DNA of 64,000 nt, taken from positions 789,731-853,730 of the forward strand of contig MNCI01000520.1 of the NCBI GenBank assembly GCA_015680685.1, given 5' to 3'. Position numbers and translations under genes: made by a program. This stretch comes from Gnetum montanum. Taxonomy: Eukaryota > Plantae > Gnetophyta. Below are positions 62,748-64,000 of the stretch, piece after piece. Below the pieces are notes generated by a model. The model saw only the letters and a list, made by a program, of their open reading frames with translations. It had not been told where the DNA came from and made no database searches. Position 1 is the stretch's first letter; every line of letters starts with the position of its first letter.

Positions 62748-64000
62748 ATGTATTCTTCTTCATGCAAGCCCAAAGATACTAAACCACTAGTCCCAAAAGA
62801 ATGCAAGGTGGTATATACTCATCTAGATGAGTTTGTGTCAATTTCACCTTCATCCTACATCAGGATGAACAAATGCGATGGCATAATATGGAGGGTAATG
62901 TCATCTTTCCCCATGATTGATCTATGCTTGGGATGTCATTCAAAACCCTTAAGAAGTTGGGCATAGAAGATCTTTATGAAGAGTACGTTGTGGACGGGTA
63001 TGACACTCAAAACTACTATCCCACTAAAACAAAAATCAAATGAGATCCATGTTAGGAGAAACTTCATGAAGCTACAAAGGGAAAAGATTACACTAACCCC
63101 TTCTTCCTACTAGATCAAGAGGAAAATGAGGATCCTCCCTTGGAAGGTTCTCAACATGAAGAATCTCCACCCCCTACTACTAATGGCAAGGATGTGAACG
63201 TGACCATATGATTAACTATTCATAAAATAGGGTTAGGAAAGAGTGATAGCCAAGGTAGAGACTTGGGTAAACATTACAAAAATAAGGGATCTAAGGATGG
63301 TGATCATAATAATCATAAGAGTGATGGAAAACACTGCAGTGGCGGTGGCAGTCCATCTTCCTCTTCATCCCTTTCATTCGATTTTCAACATTTCTCTTCA
63401 TCTGACGATTCTCATGGAAGCTACCATTGAAATAACCATGATGTAGGTGATTGATGAAAGAACAATGACTTTGAAGGCCACCAAAACCAAATGGATGGCC
63501 AAAATCATCACTAGTGTCATCAACACAGTGCTGATGATGAACCTTTATTAATGACTTAAAGTATGCTCAACATTGCAGAGGCAGTGAAAATCCCAACCAA
63601 GCATATGAAGGTTAGTTGGATCAAGCACCTAGACATGAATAATATCTCAAGATTTGAGGGAGAATACAATTTTAATCCATGGACACATCTACAAGCTTTT
63701 CAAGATGCTTGTGCCTTATAGACAATAGAGAATGAGTGGCAAAAACTTGAGCTTTTTCCAATGACACTCATTAAGAAAGCTAAAATTTGGTATTTGTCCT
63801 TAAAGCTAGAATCTATCCATAGATGGAGTACCATGTTAGAACTATTCAATGAAAAATACCAAACATACTCCAAAGTATCTAATCTAAGAAGGAAAATCCA
63901 AGGCTAGAAACAAGGAGCACATGAACCCTTGGATGCTACCATGGGCTGATACTATTTACTCCTACACTGATGGCCTAGCCATGGTTACTCTTAGAGGGAA
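62748..64000 (+). pseudogene. Athila-like gag relic, running off the window end
   Basis: PLVPKECKVVYTHLDE leader (cf. 36690); MNNISRFEGEYNFNPWTHLQAFQDAC at ~63635; IENEWQKLELFP. Confidence 0.85.

Overview
AT-rich, TE-dominated land-plant nuclear DNA; the species cannot be identified from sequence alone. A ~10 kb gene island (21.1-30.7 kb) holds two convergent loci. One is an apparently intact 4-exon 2-oxoglutarate/Fe(II) dioxygenase (SRG1-like, minus strand, 385 aa). The other is eight C-terminal exons of a DGS1/NCA2-family gene (plus strand), whose N-terminal exons and final exon were not found in the window. The rest is nested, decayed retroelements: one structurally complete Athila-like Ty3/Gypsy element (35677-44558, with LTRs, tRNA-Asp-type PBS and TSD), five partial Athila-like elements, solo and partial LTRs, several L1-type LINE relics, RTE tails, a chromovirus integrase fragment and a probable tRNA-derived SINE in two copies. 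Most notable: (i) an env-like extra ORF of the Athila-like family occurs as a long coiled-coil form and as an in-frame miniature behind a TACTAAC/AG splice acceptor; (ii) one LINE site is present in three states (empty, LTR with internal sequence, solo LTR); (iii) the DGS1/2OGD arrangement is either a truncated duplicate or a nested gene. All comparisons were made by eye; no alignment or database search was run, and TE boundaries are approximate unless motifs are given.
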